Assembly (NCBI GenBank): GCA_028748975.1
Contig: JAQTPI010000003.1
Coordinates: 33,064 to 97,063, forward strand
Source: Patescibacteria group bacterium
GTDB lineage: Bacteria; Patescibacteriota; Patescibacteriia; UBA2196
DNA length: 64,000 bases
Direction: 5' to 3'
The position numbers were made by a program, and so were the translations under genes. The notes under the pieces are model-generated. The model worked only from the letters and a program-made list of their open reading frames with translations, ran no database searches and was not told the origin of the DNA. This document shows positions 46,958 through 56,743 of this stretch, one piece after another (positions within the stretch are counted from its first letter, which is position 1; each line of letters starts with the position of its first letter).

Positions 46958-48730
46958 TTAGTTTATTTTTGCAAATTCCGAAAGTAGTTGGTTCGCCAAA
47001 TTCATATCACCCGCTTTTTCCGCTAATTTTATTTTTTCCATTAAGTCGGCGCGTTTGCCCGAAGCAATGGTTTGGCGCAAAAATTCAATATCGCCGTCAA
47101 GTTCGTGCGCCAGTTCCCTTTCGCTCATTTCTTCAAACTCGGTTTGGCCTAAAAGATTTAGCGCGTCAAAAAATTCCACTATTTTAGGATTTTTGGCTTC
47201 TTTAATCTCATATTCCAGGGCTTCAAAATTGAGTCCATTGTATTTAGTATAATGGATTACGAGCGTTTTGTAAAATTCCCGGCTCATGTTTTCAAAGTGT
47301 TCTTCGCCCAAAACATTGGCGGCGCGGCCCAAAAAATCAAAACGGCGCATCATCAAGGCCAAGAGGCGCTCGGCAATCATTTCCCGACGGGAAAATTTCT
47401 GCGGAGCAACTTGATTTTGTTTACTCACCGCCATGGGCTTACCCGCCAGTTTATTTTTTATTTTAGCGATTGATTGCGCCAGCATATGCTCATCAATTTT
47501 TATCAATTCAGCCAAAAGTTTGAGATAATGATTTTGCGCGATCGGGTCGGTTAGGCGCGCAATCCAGGGCAGAAGAATTTTAGCCACGATTCGTTTTTGT
47601 TCCAAATTATTCAAATCACGATTAGCCACGGCTTTATCAAAAAAATATTCCATAAAATCATCGGCCTCGGCCACTGCTTTCTGCCAAGCCACGGCATCTT
47701 TTTGCGCCAGTTCATCAGGATCTTTCACACCACTCGGCAAAATTATTACTTTGATATTCATTTCCTCCTGCCAGAGCATTTCAATTCCGCGCACTCCGGC
47801 TGCGGCACCGGCAGCGTCAGCATCAAAACACAAAGCCACGTTTTTACTATAACGTTTGATTAATTTGATCTGGTCAAAAGTCAAAGAAGTGCCGGAAACG
47901 GCCACCACGTTTTTGGTGCCGGCTTGCGCCGTGCCGATGACATCCATGTTGCCTTCCACCAAAATTGCCAAATCATTTTCTTTAATGGCGTTTTTGGCTT
48001 TATCCAAACCATAAACCACTTGGGATTTGTTATAGATTAAAGTTTGCGGGGTATTAATATATTTGGCCGATTCTTTATCATCCATGGCGCGCGCAGTAAA
48101 ACCAACCATATTGCCGTGGTGGTCGGCAATAGGAAACATCAAGCGATGGCGGAATCTTTCATAATACGGCGGCTGGCCGGTATTTTTTGGCACCGTGAGA
48201 CCGGATTGCATAATTTCATTATCGGAAAATCCTTTGCTTTTCAAAAAACCGGAAAGATGAATCCAGGAATTGGGCGCGTAGCCGAGATGAAACTCGGCAA
48301 TTGTTTCCGGGGTGAGATGGCGTTTTTCTATTAAATATTTTAGCGCTACTTCGCCAACGGGCGCGTGGAGTTGATTTTGAAAAAATTCCATGGCGCTGCG
48401 GTGCATGTCCATTAAACGGGTTTTTAGTGTAGTAACTCTAGAATCCTGTTTGACCAATTGCACGCCGGCTTTTTCGGCTAAAATTTTTAGAGCTTCGGGA
48501 AATTCAATTTTTTCCATTTTTTCCAAAAAAGAAAACATGTCGCCGGCTTCGCCGCAGCCAAAACATTTAAAAAACTGCTTTTCTCTGGAGACCATAAAAG
48601 ACGGGGTCTTTTCCGTGTGAAAAGGACAAAGGCCCTTGAAATTGGCGCCGGACTGGCGCAGTGGCACAAATTCGGAAATGATGTCCACAATATCCAGGCG
48701 GGATTTGATTTCGTCAACGTTGGAGAGCAT
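46958..48730 (-). CDS. dnaG: DNA primase DnaG
   Basis: CHC2 zinc finger (CPFHTEKTPSF…CFGCG), Toprim (…EGNMDVI…) and a C-terminal helicase-binding region. Confidence 0.9.
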   Translation of the reverse strand: MLSNVDEIKSRLDIVDIISEFVPLRQSGANFKGLCPFHTEKTPSFMVSREKQFFKCFGCGEAGDMFSFLEKMEKIEFPEALKILAEKAGVQLVKQDSRVTTLKTRLMDMHRSAMEFFQNQLHAPVGEVALKYLIEKRHLTPETIAEFHLGYAPNSWIHLSGFLKSKGFSDNEIMQSGLTVPKNTGQPPYYERFRHRLMFPIADHHGNMVGFTARAMDDKESAKYINTPQTLIYNKSQVVYGLDKAKNAIKENDLAILVEGNMDVIGTAQAGTKNVVAVSGTSLTFDQIKLIKRYSKNVALCFDADAAGAAAGVRGIEMLWQEEMNIKVIILPSGVKDPDELAQKDAVAWQKAVAEADDFMEYFFDKAVANRDLNNLEQKRIVAKILLPWIARLTDPIAQNHYLKLLAELIKIDEHMLAQSIAKIKNKLAGKPMAVSKQNQVAPQKFSRREMIAERLLALMMRRFDFLGRAANVLGEEHFENMSREFYKTLVIHYTKYNGLNFEALEYEIKEAKNPKIVEFFDALNLLGQTEFEEMSERELAHELDGDIEFLRQTIASGKRADLMEKIKLAEKAGDMNLANQLLSEFAKIN

Positions 48731-48911
48731 AAATTAGCCGTTGTCATCCCGAACCCCGCGTAGCGGGGTGATGGGATCTCGTTAAGGATTCCATCGGTCC
48801 GATTATCATCGGACCTCGGAATGACGTATTTAAACGTTTCTTCTACTCCAATTTTACCACCAAAATTTGAAATTGACAACTGCTCGTTTTTGAGATAATA
48901 TTAAGATAATA

Positions 48912-49001
48912 TGGAGAGGTGGCAGAGTGGTCTAACGCGACAGTCTTGAAAACTGTTAGGGATGAAAGTCCCTCGTGAGTTCGAATCTCACCCTCTCCGC
49001 C
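48912..49001 (+). tRNA. tRNA-Ser (anticodon TGA)
   Basis: GGAGAGG acceptor, anticodon loop CUUGAAA, a long variable arm, T-arm GUGAG-UUCGAAU-CUCAC and an encoded CCA. Confidence 0.85.
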
Positions 49002-49027
49002 AAAATCAAAATTAATAAAATAATCTT

Positions 49028-49351
49028 ATGGATTTAATCATCTGCGTTACATTAACTTGGTTTCTAGTGTATACCTTTTCATATTCTCCAAAGGCTCGGG
49101 TTAGAATATTATTAAAGCAAATGTTTAATATTCCTATTAAATTATCTAGAGCAAAAAGAGAAATAGGCGACGAAAATAATTATTTTTATGATATGTGTAA
49201 AAAAGCACTTGATATGAGATACAAAACAATAATTGCTCTGCTTGATTTATATTTTGATCCAGTAAAGGATAAAGGATATATAGAAGAAAAAATAAACTAT
49301 GGCAGAACATTATTAAATAATGCAGAAAATATAATGTTAAATAAAAAATAA
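49028..49351 (+). CDS. Hypothetical protein in an AT-rich island
   Basis: 107 aa with an N-terminal hydrophobic segment. The region is ~28% GC against ~43% for its surroundings. No SD. Confidence 0.4.
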   Translation: MDLIICVTLTWFLVYTFSYSPKARVRILLKQMFNIPIKLSRAKREIGDENNYFYDMCKKALDMRYKTIIALLDLYFDPVKDKGYIEEKINYGRTLLNNAENIMLNKK

Positions 49352-49355
49352 ATTT

Positions 49356-49748
49356 ATGTTAGATAAATTTGATATAGACATGGCCGAATCTAGAAAAGGA
49401 AGGGATAGGTTTCACTGGTACCTTGCTACTCTTTCGGCCGCAACATTAGCGTTAGTTATAAAATTTGTAAGTGAGATAAATCCAATCAATGATCTTGTGT
49501 CGATTTGTTATATAAAAATTTCTTTGTGGTGTCTTGTGGGTACAATAATTTTATCTCCAATAAGAAATTTATTATCTTATGATATAACGAGTTTGATTGC
49601 TCAATATGAGGATACAAAAAACGAAAATTATTGGCAAAGAGCGAAGCAAAAGACGTATATTAGAAATCTGGCCGGCGAATTTTCTATAATACTATATTTA
49701 ACAGCTATTATTATGCTTGTTCTTTCCTGCAATGAACTTTTTTTATAA
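49356..49748 (+). CDS. Hypothetical 3-4-TM membrane protein in an AT-rich island
   Basis: 130 aa. It is 4 bp downstream of the previous ORF. Confidence 0.4.
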   Translation: MLDKFDIDMAESRKGRDRFHWYLATLSAATLALVIKFVSEINPINDLVSICYIKISLWCLVGTIILSPIRNLLSYDITSLIAQYEDTKNENYWQRAKQKTYIRNLAGEFSIILYLTAIIMLVLSCNELFL

Positions 49749-49764
49749 TAATTGTTTTCAAACC

Positions 49765-49855
49765 GGAGAGGTGGCTGAGCGGCTGAAAGCGGCAGGTTGC
49801 TAACCTGTTATATGGCCTTAAAACCATATCGCGAGTTCAAATCTCGCCCTCTCCG
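49765..49855 (+). tRNA. tRNA-Ser (anticodon GCT)
   Basis: GGAGAGG acceptor, anticodon loop UUGCUAA, a long variable arm and T-arm CGAGUUCAAAUCUCG. No CCA is encoded. Confidence 0.8.
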
Positions 49856-49876
49856 TTTTGAATATAAAACTCATCA

Positions 49877-50488
49877 ATGGCTGATTTTTTATTACAATAT
49901 ATCACGCATTTGGTGGCGACCATGGGCTATGGCGGAATCACGGTCTTAATGGCCATGGAAAGCATGATTTTGCCGGTGCCAAGCGAAGCCGTCATGCCAC
50001 TGGCCGGATTTCTTTGGTTTTCGCACCAGATGTCATTTTGGGCCATTGTGCTCTTCTCTACTCTTGGCACCATTATCGGCGCCGGAATTTCCTATGTCAT
50101 GGGTTTTTATGGTGGCCGGCCCTTGGTGCAAAAATACGGAAAATATTTTTTACTCAATAATCATCATTTAGAAGTGACGGAAAAATTTTTTGCCAAACAC
50201 GGCGAAAAAGCGATTTTTTTCAGCCGGTTCATTCCGGTGGTGCGGCATTTAATTTCCATTCCAGCTGGCGTGGGCAAGATGAAAATTTGGAAATTTTGCG
50301 TCTATACTCTTGTCGGCGGCGCCATTTGGAATTCCATCCTCACCATTACCGGCTATCTACTCGGCAGCCGCTGGACGGAAATCAGAAAATTCGGAGAAGT
50401 TATTGATATTATCTTAATTATTTTAATTATCGCGGCGATTATTTATTTGATTTATCGGAAAAAACATAAGAAAATTATAAATGTATGA
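49877..50488 (+). CDS. DedA/SNARE-associated family membrane protein
   Basis: …GYGGITVLMAMESMILPVPSEAVMPLAGFL… and …FSRFIPVVRHLISIPAGVGKM… are DedA signatures. Confidence 0.8.
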   Translation: MADFLLQYITHLVATMGYGGITVLMAMESMILPVPSEAVMPLAGFLWFSHQMSFWAIVLFSTLGTIIGAGISYVMGFYGGRPLVQKYGKYFLLNNHHLEVTEKFFAKHGEKAIFFSRFIPVVRHLISIPAGVGKMKIWKFCVYTLVGGAIWNSILTITGYLLGSRWTEIRKFGEVIDIILIILIIAAIIYLIYRKKHKKIINV

Positions 50489-50841
50489 TGGAACCAAGAC
50501 CTAAAAATATAGAAGAGGATTTGGAAGAAAGCCGATTCAAGGATTTAAAACGCAAATGGGTGGAATTATATAAATTATCACCCCATTCTTTTAGTCATGA
50601 TTCGGAAAAATTTGCGGCAACTTTACGAAAGAATTTCAAAGAGGATAAAGAAAAAGATAAGGATGGCGGAACAGAAAAGGTTTGGGAATTTGAAAAATAT
50701 CGACTTTTTCATCTTTTGGCAGGCAGCACTTATAACAATGATTTTAAAGAATTTGATTTCCCCGGTCACTTGGTGGAAAATTTTATCAACGATGAATACA
50801 AAAAAATGTTTAAAGAAAGAGAAGAAGCTAGTTTTGAATAA
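50485..50841 (+). CDS. Hypothetical charged protein, overlapping the DedA stop (ATGATGG)
   Basis: ORF only. It is followed by the terminator aaccgctttttatagcggttttt. Confidence 0.4.
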   Translation: MMEPRPKNIEEDLEESRFKDLKRKWVELYKLSPHSFSHDSEKFAATLRKNFKEDKEKDKDGGTEKVWEFEKYRLFHLLAGSTYNNDFKEFDFPGHLVENFINDEYKKMFKEREEASFE

Positions 50842-50938
50842 GTAATAATAAAGTTATTAAAAGTATTAAAGTAACCGCTTTTTATAGCGGTTTTTACTTT
50901 TATTACTATTATTGCTTTTAGTGCTGTTATTACTGGGC

Positions 50939-51658
50939 TTACCCTCGCGCTAAACACAGCCCCCAAACTTCACTCGCGCCGGCGGATTTCAAAACTTTGG
51001 CCACGGCAGCCATGGTTTCCGCGGTGGTGACGACATCATCCACTATCAAAATTTTTTTACCTTTGACTGCGCTTATTTCTAAACCAGGCACAAAAGCGCC
51101 GAGCATGTTTTTGGCGCGCGCTTTTTGGTTTTTTCCCACCTGCGTTTTGGTGTTTTTAATCCTTTTGACCGCGCTGGCAAGCACCGGAATTAAAAGGAAT
51201 TCACCAACCGCGCGCCCTAATAATTCGGCCTGATTAAACCCGCGCCAAAGTTCGCGTCGGGAAAAAAGCGGGATTGGCACAATGGCCTCAAAATATCTTT
51301 CGCTAAGGGCCGGCACAAAAAAATTATCCGCTTGCTCTAATTTTTCTATCAATAATTTGCCGAGCGGGGTTTTTAAATCTTGAATGAAATTATATTTGAA
51401 GCGATGAATTATTTTTCTAAGCAATTTATTGCGCCAATCGCCAGCAATAAAGATACCATCTAAACTTGAGCCGCGCCGACATTGATCATGAGTCTGACCG
51501 CGTAGCGCTGGCCGGGAACAAACCGGACAAAAAAATTCCTCTAAAACAGGAATTTTTGACTGGCAGTTTCCACACAGCCAGATTTTATCCCGACCACAGC
51601 CAAGACAGGAAATCGGAAAAAGAAGGTCTAAAATTATCTTTTTTACTCTAGTGAGCAC
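50939..51658 (-). CDS. comFC: ComF-family phosphoribosyltransferase-domain competence protein
   Basis: N-terminal double zinc ribbon (CLGCG…CGNC…CPVC) and a C-terminal PRTase motif (ILIVDDVVTTAETM). Confidence 0.8.
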   Translation of the reverse strand: MLTRVKKIILDLLFPISCLGCGRDKIWLCGNCQSKIPVLEEFFCPVCSRPALRGQTHDQCRRGSSLDGIFIAGDWRNKLLRKIIHRFKYNFIQDLKTPLGKLLIEKLEQADNFFVPALSERYFEAIVPIPLFSRRELWRGFNQAELLGRAVGEFLLIPVLASAVKRIKNTKTQVGKNQKARAKNMLGAFVPGLEISAVKGKKILIVDDVVTTAETMAAVAKVLKSAGASEVWGLCLARG

Positions 51659-51863
51659 AAAATTGTTCTGTTATCCTATTGTTAAATTGCTAAATTGTTG
51701 AATTGTTGCAACCCCTCCGTCCCGCTGCTGCGGGACACCTCCCCTTCGAAAGAGGAGGGTAGCTACGTCGGTATCCCCTCCTTTCGAAGGAGGGGTGGCC
51801 GATAGCAATCGGCCGGGGTGGTTGTTTAACAATTTAACAATGAAACAATTTTAACAATGATTC

Positions 51864-54398
51864 TTATTTTATAATAATTTTTTTATTTTTCACGTCAATT
51901 TTTACTTCTCCATCAAAAATCTTACCCATTAATATTTTCTCAATCAACGGCGCTTCCACCAGATTTTGAATGACCTGGCGAATTTCGCGCGCGCCGGAAG
52001 CCAAAGAAAAACCCTGGCTGGCTAAAAATTTCACGGCGGCGGGAGACCAGCTTAATTTAATTTTTTTATCTTGCAGGCGTTCGGCAATATTTTTCATTTC
52101 CTTCTCCGCGATTTGGGCGGCTACCTTTTCATTAAGAGATTTAAAAACTATAATTTTATCCACTCGATTCAGAAGTTCCGGCCGCATTTCTTTTTTCAAA
52201 ATTTCCATAATTTTGGTTTGAATTTGCTCCTGTTTTTCTTGATCGGTGGCCAGGTTTTTATCAAAACCAAAGGTATTGGCGGAAAAATCTTTTTGGCCAA
52301 GATTGGAAGTCAAAATAATAATGGTATTTTTAAAATTGATAATTTTACCGGTGGCATCGGTCAGATGCCCATCTTCCAAAATTTGGAGTAGCAGGCCAAA
52401 AACCTGCGGGTGAGCTTTTTCCATTTCATCAAAAAGCACCACGGAATAGGGCTGACGGCGCACTGCTTCGGTCAATTTACCTCCTTCTTTAAAGCCCACG
52501 TAGCCCGGCGGCGAACCGATGAGCCGGGAAACATTAAAACCCTCGGCAAATTCAGACATATCAATTCTGATAAGACGTTTATCCGAGCCAAAAACAACTT
52601 CAGCCAAAACTTTGGCAGTTTCGGTCTTGCCAATGCCGGAGGGCCCGGCAAAAATGAAAGAACCGAGCGGCCGATTGGCCGGAGTCAAGCCGGCACGCGA
52701 ACGCTTAATGAAAAAGGAAATTTCTTTTAAAGCTTCGGCCTGGCCAAAAATAAATTGGCCTAATTTTTTCTCCAAATCCAGCAACTCTTTGTCGGTGCCC
52801 GCGGTCAATTCGGTTAAAGGAATTTGTTTTATTTCCGCCACCACGGCAGCAATTTCTCGACCAGTAATTTCACCAAGCCAACCAGTGGCAGCGCCTGATT
52901 GTGCCTGTAGTTGAGCTATTTTTTCCAATGTTTTTTCTTCTTCCGTGCGCCAAATTAAAGCGTCAGAATATTTTTCTGCGCGAATAGCTTTAATTTTTTT
53001 CTCTTCCAAAGCAGTCGTTTTTTCTTCTAACAGACGAATTTGGCGCGCCAAAGGCGACAGACCCATTTTTACTTTCAAGCGCGCGGCTGCTTCGTCTAAT
53101 AAATCGATGGCCTTGTCGGGCAAAAATTTTTCCGGCAGATAACGCACCGAGAGTTTAACGGCCGCGGCAATGGCCTCGTCGCTGATTTTTACCTGATGGT
53201 GTTTTTCATAATTGTTTTTGATGCCTTTTAAAATTTTTTCTGTTTCTTCGGCGGTTGGTTCTGGTATGGAGACGGGCTGAAAGCGCCGCTCCAGTGCCGC
53301 GTCTTCTTCAATGTATTTTTTATAGTCCTCATAAGTGGTAGCGCCAAGACAACGAATTTCACCGCGAGCCAAAGCTGGTTTTAAAATATTTCCCGCGTCC
53401 ATGGCGCCGTTGACGGCGCCGGCGCCGGCGATCATGTGAATTTCATCAATAAAAAGAATGGTGTTGGGACTGCTTTTGATTTCATCAATCACCTGCTTCA
53501 GGCGGCCTTCAAATTCGCCACGCATGACCGTGCCGGCAATCAATAAATTTAAATCCAGAGCGTAAATTTTTTTGTTAAGCAATACATCGGGCACATCGCC
53601 AGCCAGAATTTTTTTGGCCAGACCCTCCACAATGGCGGTCTTGCCCACACCAGCATCACCCAAAAGCACGGGATTATTTTTAGTGCGGCGCGTCAAAATT
53701 TGAATGATGCGCTCAATTTCTTTTTCCCGGCCAATGACCGGATCAATGGTTTCCTGAATTTTGGCATCGGTTAAATTGCGCGCGAAAACATCCAAAATAC
53801 TTTTTTTATTCTGGGGCGGGCGGGTTAATTTTTCTTGCAGTTTGGCGCCGAGACTCTTTTTAATCACCGGCTCGGCGTCGCTTAAGGGCAGTTCATCTTC
53901 CAGGTCTTTCATAAGTTCGTTTAAAGTTGTTTCCAGCTCACCTGAATTAAGATTTAAAGCCGCGGCCGGCAAATTTTCATTGGTGTTTAAGACGGTTTTT
54001 AAATTATCAGCCAGCTGATTGATATTAACTTTATTTTTGATAAAAAACTGGCGCGCGTTTTTATAATCACCAACAACCAAGGCACAAAGCAAATGTTCCG
54101 TACCCACATAATTACTTTCATATTCCGCGGCCCAAGTAATGGTCTGGGGCAAAACTCCGGCTAATTCTTTTTCAAAATCTAAATTTTTTTCCTGATAATT
54201 ATTAGTGATTTCCACCACCGACCCAATTCCCTGCCATTCCAATCCAGAACGAATCAAAACTTCGCGCGCCAAAGAACCCTTTTCCATAATTAAAGAACGA
54301 ATTAAATCTTCCACGGAAATTTCCGCGCGTGAGTTCAAAACGGCCAAGGACTTTGCCCGGCCGAGTACTTGCTCTAAGTGGTTGGTAAATTTGTTCAT
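51864..54398 (-). CDS. clpC: Clp/Hsp100 AAA+ chaperone (ClpC-like, two ATPase domains)
   Basis: Clp_N repeats, Walker [16 protein letters not shown] (D1) and [12 protein letters not shown] (D2), and sensor motifs. 844 aa. Confidence 0.9.
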   Translation of the reverse strand: MNKFTNHLEQVLGRAKSLAVLNSRAEISVEDLIRSLIMEKGSLAREVLIRSGLEWQGIGSVVEITNNYQEKNLDFEKELAGVLPQTITWAAEYESNYVGTEHLLCALVVGDYKNARQFFIKNKVNINQLADNLKTVLNTNENLPAAALNLNSGELETTLNELMKDLEDELPLSDAEPVIKKSLGAKLQEKLTRPPQNKKSILDVFARNLTDAKIQETIDPVIGREKEIERIIQILTRRTKNNPVLLGDAGVGKTAIVEGLAKKILAGDVPDVLLNKKIYALDLNLLIAGTVMRGEFEGRLKQVIDEIKSSPNTILFIDEIHMIAGAGAVNGAMDAGNILKPALARGEIRCLGATTYEDYKKYIEEDAALERRFQPVSIPEPTAEETEKILKGIKNNYEKHHQVKISDEAIAAAVKLSVRYLPEKFLPDKAIDLLDEAAARLKVKMGLSPLARQIRLLEEKTTALEEKKIKAIRAEKYSDALIWRTEEEKTLEKIAQLQAQSGAATGWLGEITGREIAAVVAEIKQIPLTELTAGTDKELLDLEKKLGQFIFGQAEALKEISFFIKRSRAGLTPANRPLGSFIFAGPSGIGKTETAKVLAEVVFGSDKRLIRIDMSEFAEGFNVSRLIGSPPGYVGFKEGGKLTEAVRRQPYSVVLFDEMEKAHPQVFGLLLQILEDGHLTDATGKIINFKNTIIILTSNLGQKDFSANTFGFDKNLATDQEKQEQIQTKIMEILKKEMRPELLNRVDKIIVFKSLNEKVAAQIAEKEMKNIAERLQDKKIKLSWSPAAVKFLASQGFSLASGAREIRQVIQNLVEAPLIEKILMGKIFDGEVKIDVKNKKIIIK

Positions 54399-54584
54399 AA
54401 ATTATTTACCTAGTATATCCTGAGGCCCACAGGCCGAAGGATCCTGTGGCCGAAGTGCTGGATAATAAAGTAACAGAGTAACAAAGGGATTTTTAACGGT
54501 TTTAATTATTTTAATATTACCTTCCTGTGTTCGATCGGTGCCCTTCTCCGCCAGCTGGCGGATCAGGGCAGGCTAAAATAAATA

Positions 54585-55289
54585 TTATCTCTCCTGTTCC
54601 ATTATTTTTTCCAATTCATTCATCTGCCCATTCTCCACTCTACTATTTCCAATAAACAGATACGGTGCTTGGTCAATCATTAAATTCTGGCCGTCTTCCA
54701 AATCTTGTCCCCACAATTGTAGCATGTTTTCGTTGGAGAGACAAGTGTCAAAAATTGCCGCGTCCAGACCTATTTTTTTAGCCAGAGAACGCAAAGTGGC
54801 AGCGCTTAGATCATCCTGATTTTTAAACATTAAATCGGCATAATCCAAAAATTTATTTTGCACTCCGGCGCAAAGCGCGGCCAGGCCGGCTTGACGCGCC
54901 GTATCACTGACGGAGGAAGGAAAATTTTTCCAGGCCAAAGTAAAATCCTGTTTTTCTTTTAGAGCCATTAATCTCTGCCAGACATCTTTACTGGCAACAT
55001 CAGTAAAATCGCCAAAAAATATTACCTTGGGATTGCCTGCGCCCACCACCGGCGTGTAGTTTCTGACAAAAGATTGATAATAATCGCCGGCTTTGGTAAT
55101 TAAGGGGTCGTTATTGGTTTGCTCCATTGTCCGCGGCGCGTAAATTTTTTCCGAAACACCGGAAAGAACAAGCTGGCGGGAAAAGAGGAAGTTATAAATT
55201 TGGCCGGAGACAACAAAGAAACCGGCTAGGGCGAAGAAAGAGCCAGCAACCAAAATATAATATATTTTTTTATTCTTTTTCTTCAGCAT
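54585..55289 (-). CDS. DsbA/BdbD-like thioredoxin-fold protein lacking the catalytic CxxC
   Basis: An N-terminal TM anchor. VIFFGDFTDVAS aligns to the VxEFxDYxCPxC position of DsbA-like proteins, but both cysteines are replaced. Confidence 0.55.
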   Translation of the reverse strand: MLKKKNKKIYYILVAGSFFALAGFFVVSGQIYNFLFSRQLVLSGVSEKIYAPRTMEQTNNDPLITKAGDYYQSFVRNYTPVVGAGNPKVIFFGDFTDVASKDVWQRLMALKEKQDFTLAWKNFPSSVSDTARQAGLAALCAGVQNKFLDYADLMFKNQDDLSAATLRSLAKKIGLDAAIFDTCLSNENMLQLWGQDLEDGQNLMIDQAPYLFIGNSRVENGQMNELEKIMEQER

Positions 55290-55417
55290 ACTTTATAAAA
55301 ATTTCTAATTCCTAATTACCAATTCCTAATGAAATGCCAAATGTTAAATGTCCAAAGTTCGGTTTTTGCCTTTGGCAAAAACCGATAGATTGGAAATTAG
55401 AAATTGAAAATTGGAAA
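55290..55417. repeat. Intergenic word-palindrome (ccaattcctaat…/…attggaaatt). A near-identical copy is at 62140-62311.
   Basis: ttctaattcctaattaccaattcctaatgaaatgccaaatgttaaatgtccaaagttcggtttttgcc…ggcaaaaaccgatagattggaaattagaaattgaaaattggaaatt. Confidence 0.8.
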
Positions 55418-56683
55418 TTATTTAAGTCGTATCTTATACATCTTCCCCGTATTCTCATCCCAAAAGAAAAGAGTGGCTTGATCGGCAGAAACTGACAAGC
55501 GGCCGATTTTGAAAATAGCTTGGCCATTTTCGTCAACCGGATCGGCAATTTTTTCTTTGGTGCCAGTGGCCAAATTAAGACGATAGATCGAATCAATTTC
55601 ATTTTTAATAACCTCGGAATAAAGCCCGGCGCCAGTCGGCAAATCGTCCGGCACGGCGCAATAAATTTCATTTTCGCTCGCAAAAACACATTTATCAACC
55701 CAAGTGGAAACATCCAAACTTAAACTGGGACCACCCAGACTGGCAGTCTGGCCGCTGGTAATTTTCAAGGAAGGATTAAAATCATTATCAGCAGTCGCGG
55801 TTTGATAAAGAATTTTCTGTCCAGAAGGCGACCAGAGGCCCTTAAAATTGGTACCCGTCACCTTGAGGGAACGGAAATTTTCGCCAGCCTGACCAATGAA
55901 AAATATTTCAGAAGAATCCAAACCGGTGGCTTTGGCATAAAAAGCAACGACATTACCGTTGGGAGAAAAAGTCGCTTGCACACGATTGCTCTCGGAACCC
56001 AGCGGTTCTATCAACTTGGCACCGGTGCCGTCGGGACGCGAGACTGCCACATAGTTGTTGTCGGGGTTATTGGTTTCGTATTTAAAAGAAATTTTAGATC
56101 CATCGGTGCTGAAAATTGGCTCGACCACGTTTTTGGGCAAGGTAACTTTTTTATTAGTGGCGAAATTATAATAAATTTTTAAATCATCGGGATAGGTGAC
56201 AATGGCAGCCGAAGTATCGGCGGACCAAACCACATCTTTCAGCTGCAAAAATTTTTCTTTGGATAAAAGCGCGCTTGCGCCGTCGGAAGAAATTTTGTAA
56301 AAACGGCTATCATCACGATTATAATAAACCAAATTGCCGCCACTATCAAGAGCCATGCCCAAAATTGATTGTTCATTAACAGCAGTGGCGCTGGTGGCGC
56401 CGCCATTGGCCACGGCGCTCGCGCCACTGAAAGTGTTTTCACCGACACTGGGCGTATTTTCCGGTAATTGCCCGCCAGAACCCAATTCTTGACCGCCAGT
56501 ACCGAGTTCGCTCCCAGGTAATTCGGCGCCAGTTGGCACATAACCCACTTCACCTGGTTGTGGCGCCGGAGTTGATTTAAAAAACATGAAATACATTAAA
56601 ATTACCAAACCCAAACACACCAAAACAAACCCGATAATAAGCAGGATTTTTTTCCAATTAAGTTGGGAGGGGTCAAAATTCAT
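55418..56683 (-). CDS. TolB-like beta-propeller (PD40-repeat) periplasmic protein
   Basis: TM anchor, a G/S-rich linker, then repeated …DGSKI.F… / …SPDGT… / …SPNGN… / …SPSGQ… propeller blades. Confidence 0.65.
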   Translation of the reverse strand: MNFDPSQLNWKKILLIIGFVLVCLGLVILMYFMFFKSTPAPQPGEVGYVPTGAELPGSELGTGGQELGSGGQLPENTPSVGENTFSGASAVANGGATSATAVNEQSILGMALDSGGNLVYYNRDDSRFYKISSDGASALLSKEKFLQLKDVVWSADTSAAIVTYPDDLKIYYNFATNKKVTLPKNVVEPIFSTDGSKISFKYETNNPDNNYVAVSRPDGTGAKLIEPLGSESNRVQATFSPNGNVVAFYAKATGLDSSEIFFIGQAGENFRSLKVTGTNFKGLWSPSGQKILYQTATADNDFNPSLKITSGQTASLGGPSLSLDVSTWVDKCVFASENEIYCAVPDDLPTGAGLYSEVIKNEIDSIYRLNLATGTKEKIADPVDENGQAIFKIGRLSVSADQATLFFWDENTGKMYKIRLK

Positions 56684-56743
56684 AAAAACATTTCAATTAG
56701 TTAGCATAAAAACACTAAAGCATTAAAACAGGAAAATAAATTA

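Noticed and set aside
48487-48879. 130-aa minus-strand ORF overlapping the dnaG start
   Set aside because: It extends through the GTCATCCCGAACCCCGCGTAGCGGGGTGATGGGATCTCG hairpin and overlaps the dnaG 5' end in another frame. It is spurious.
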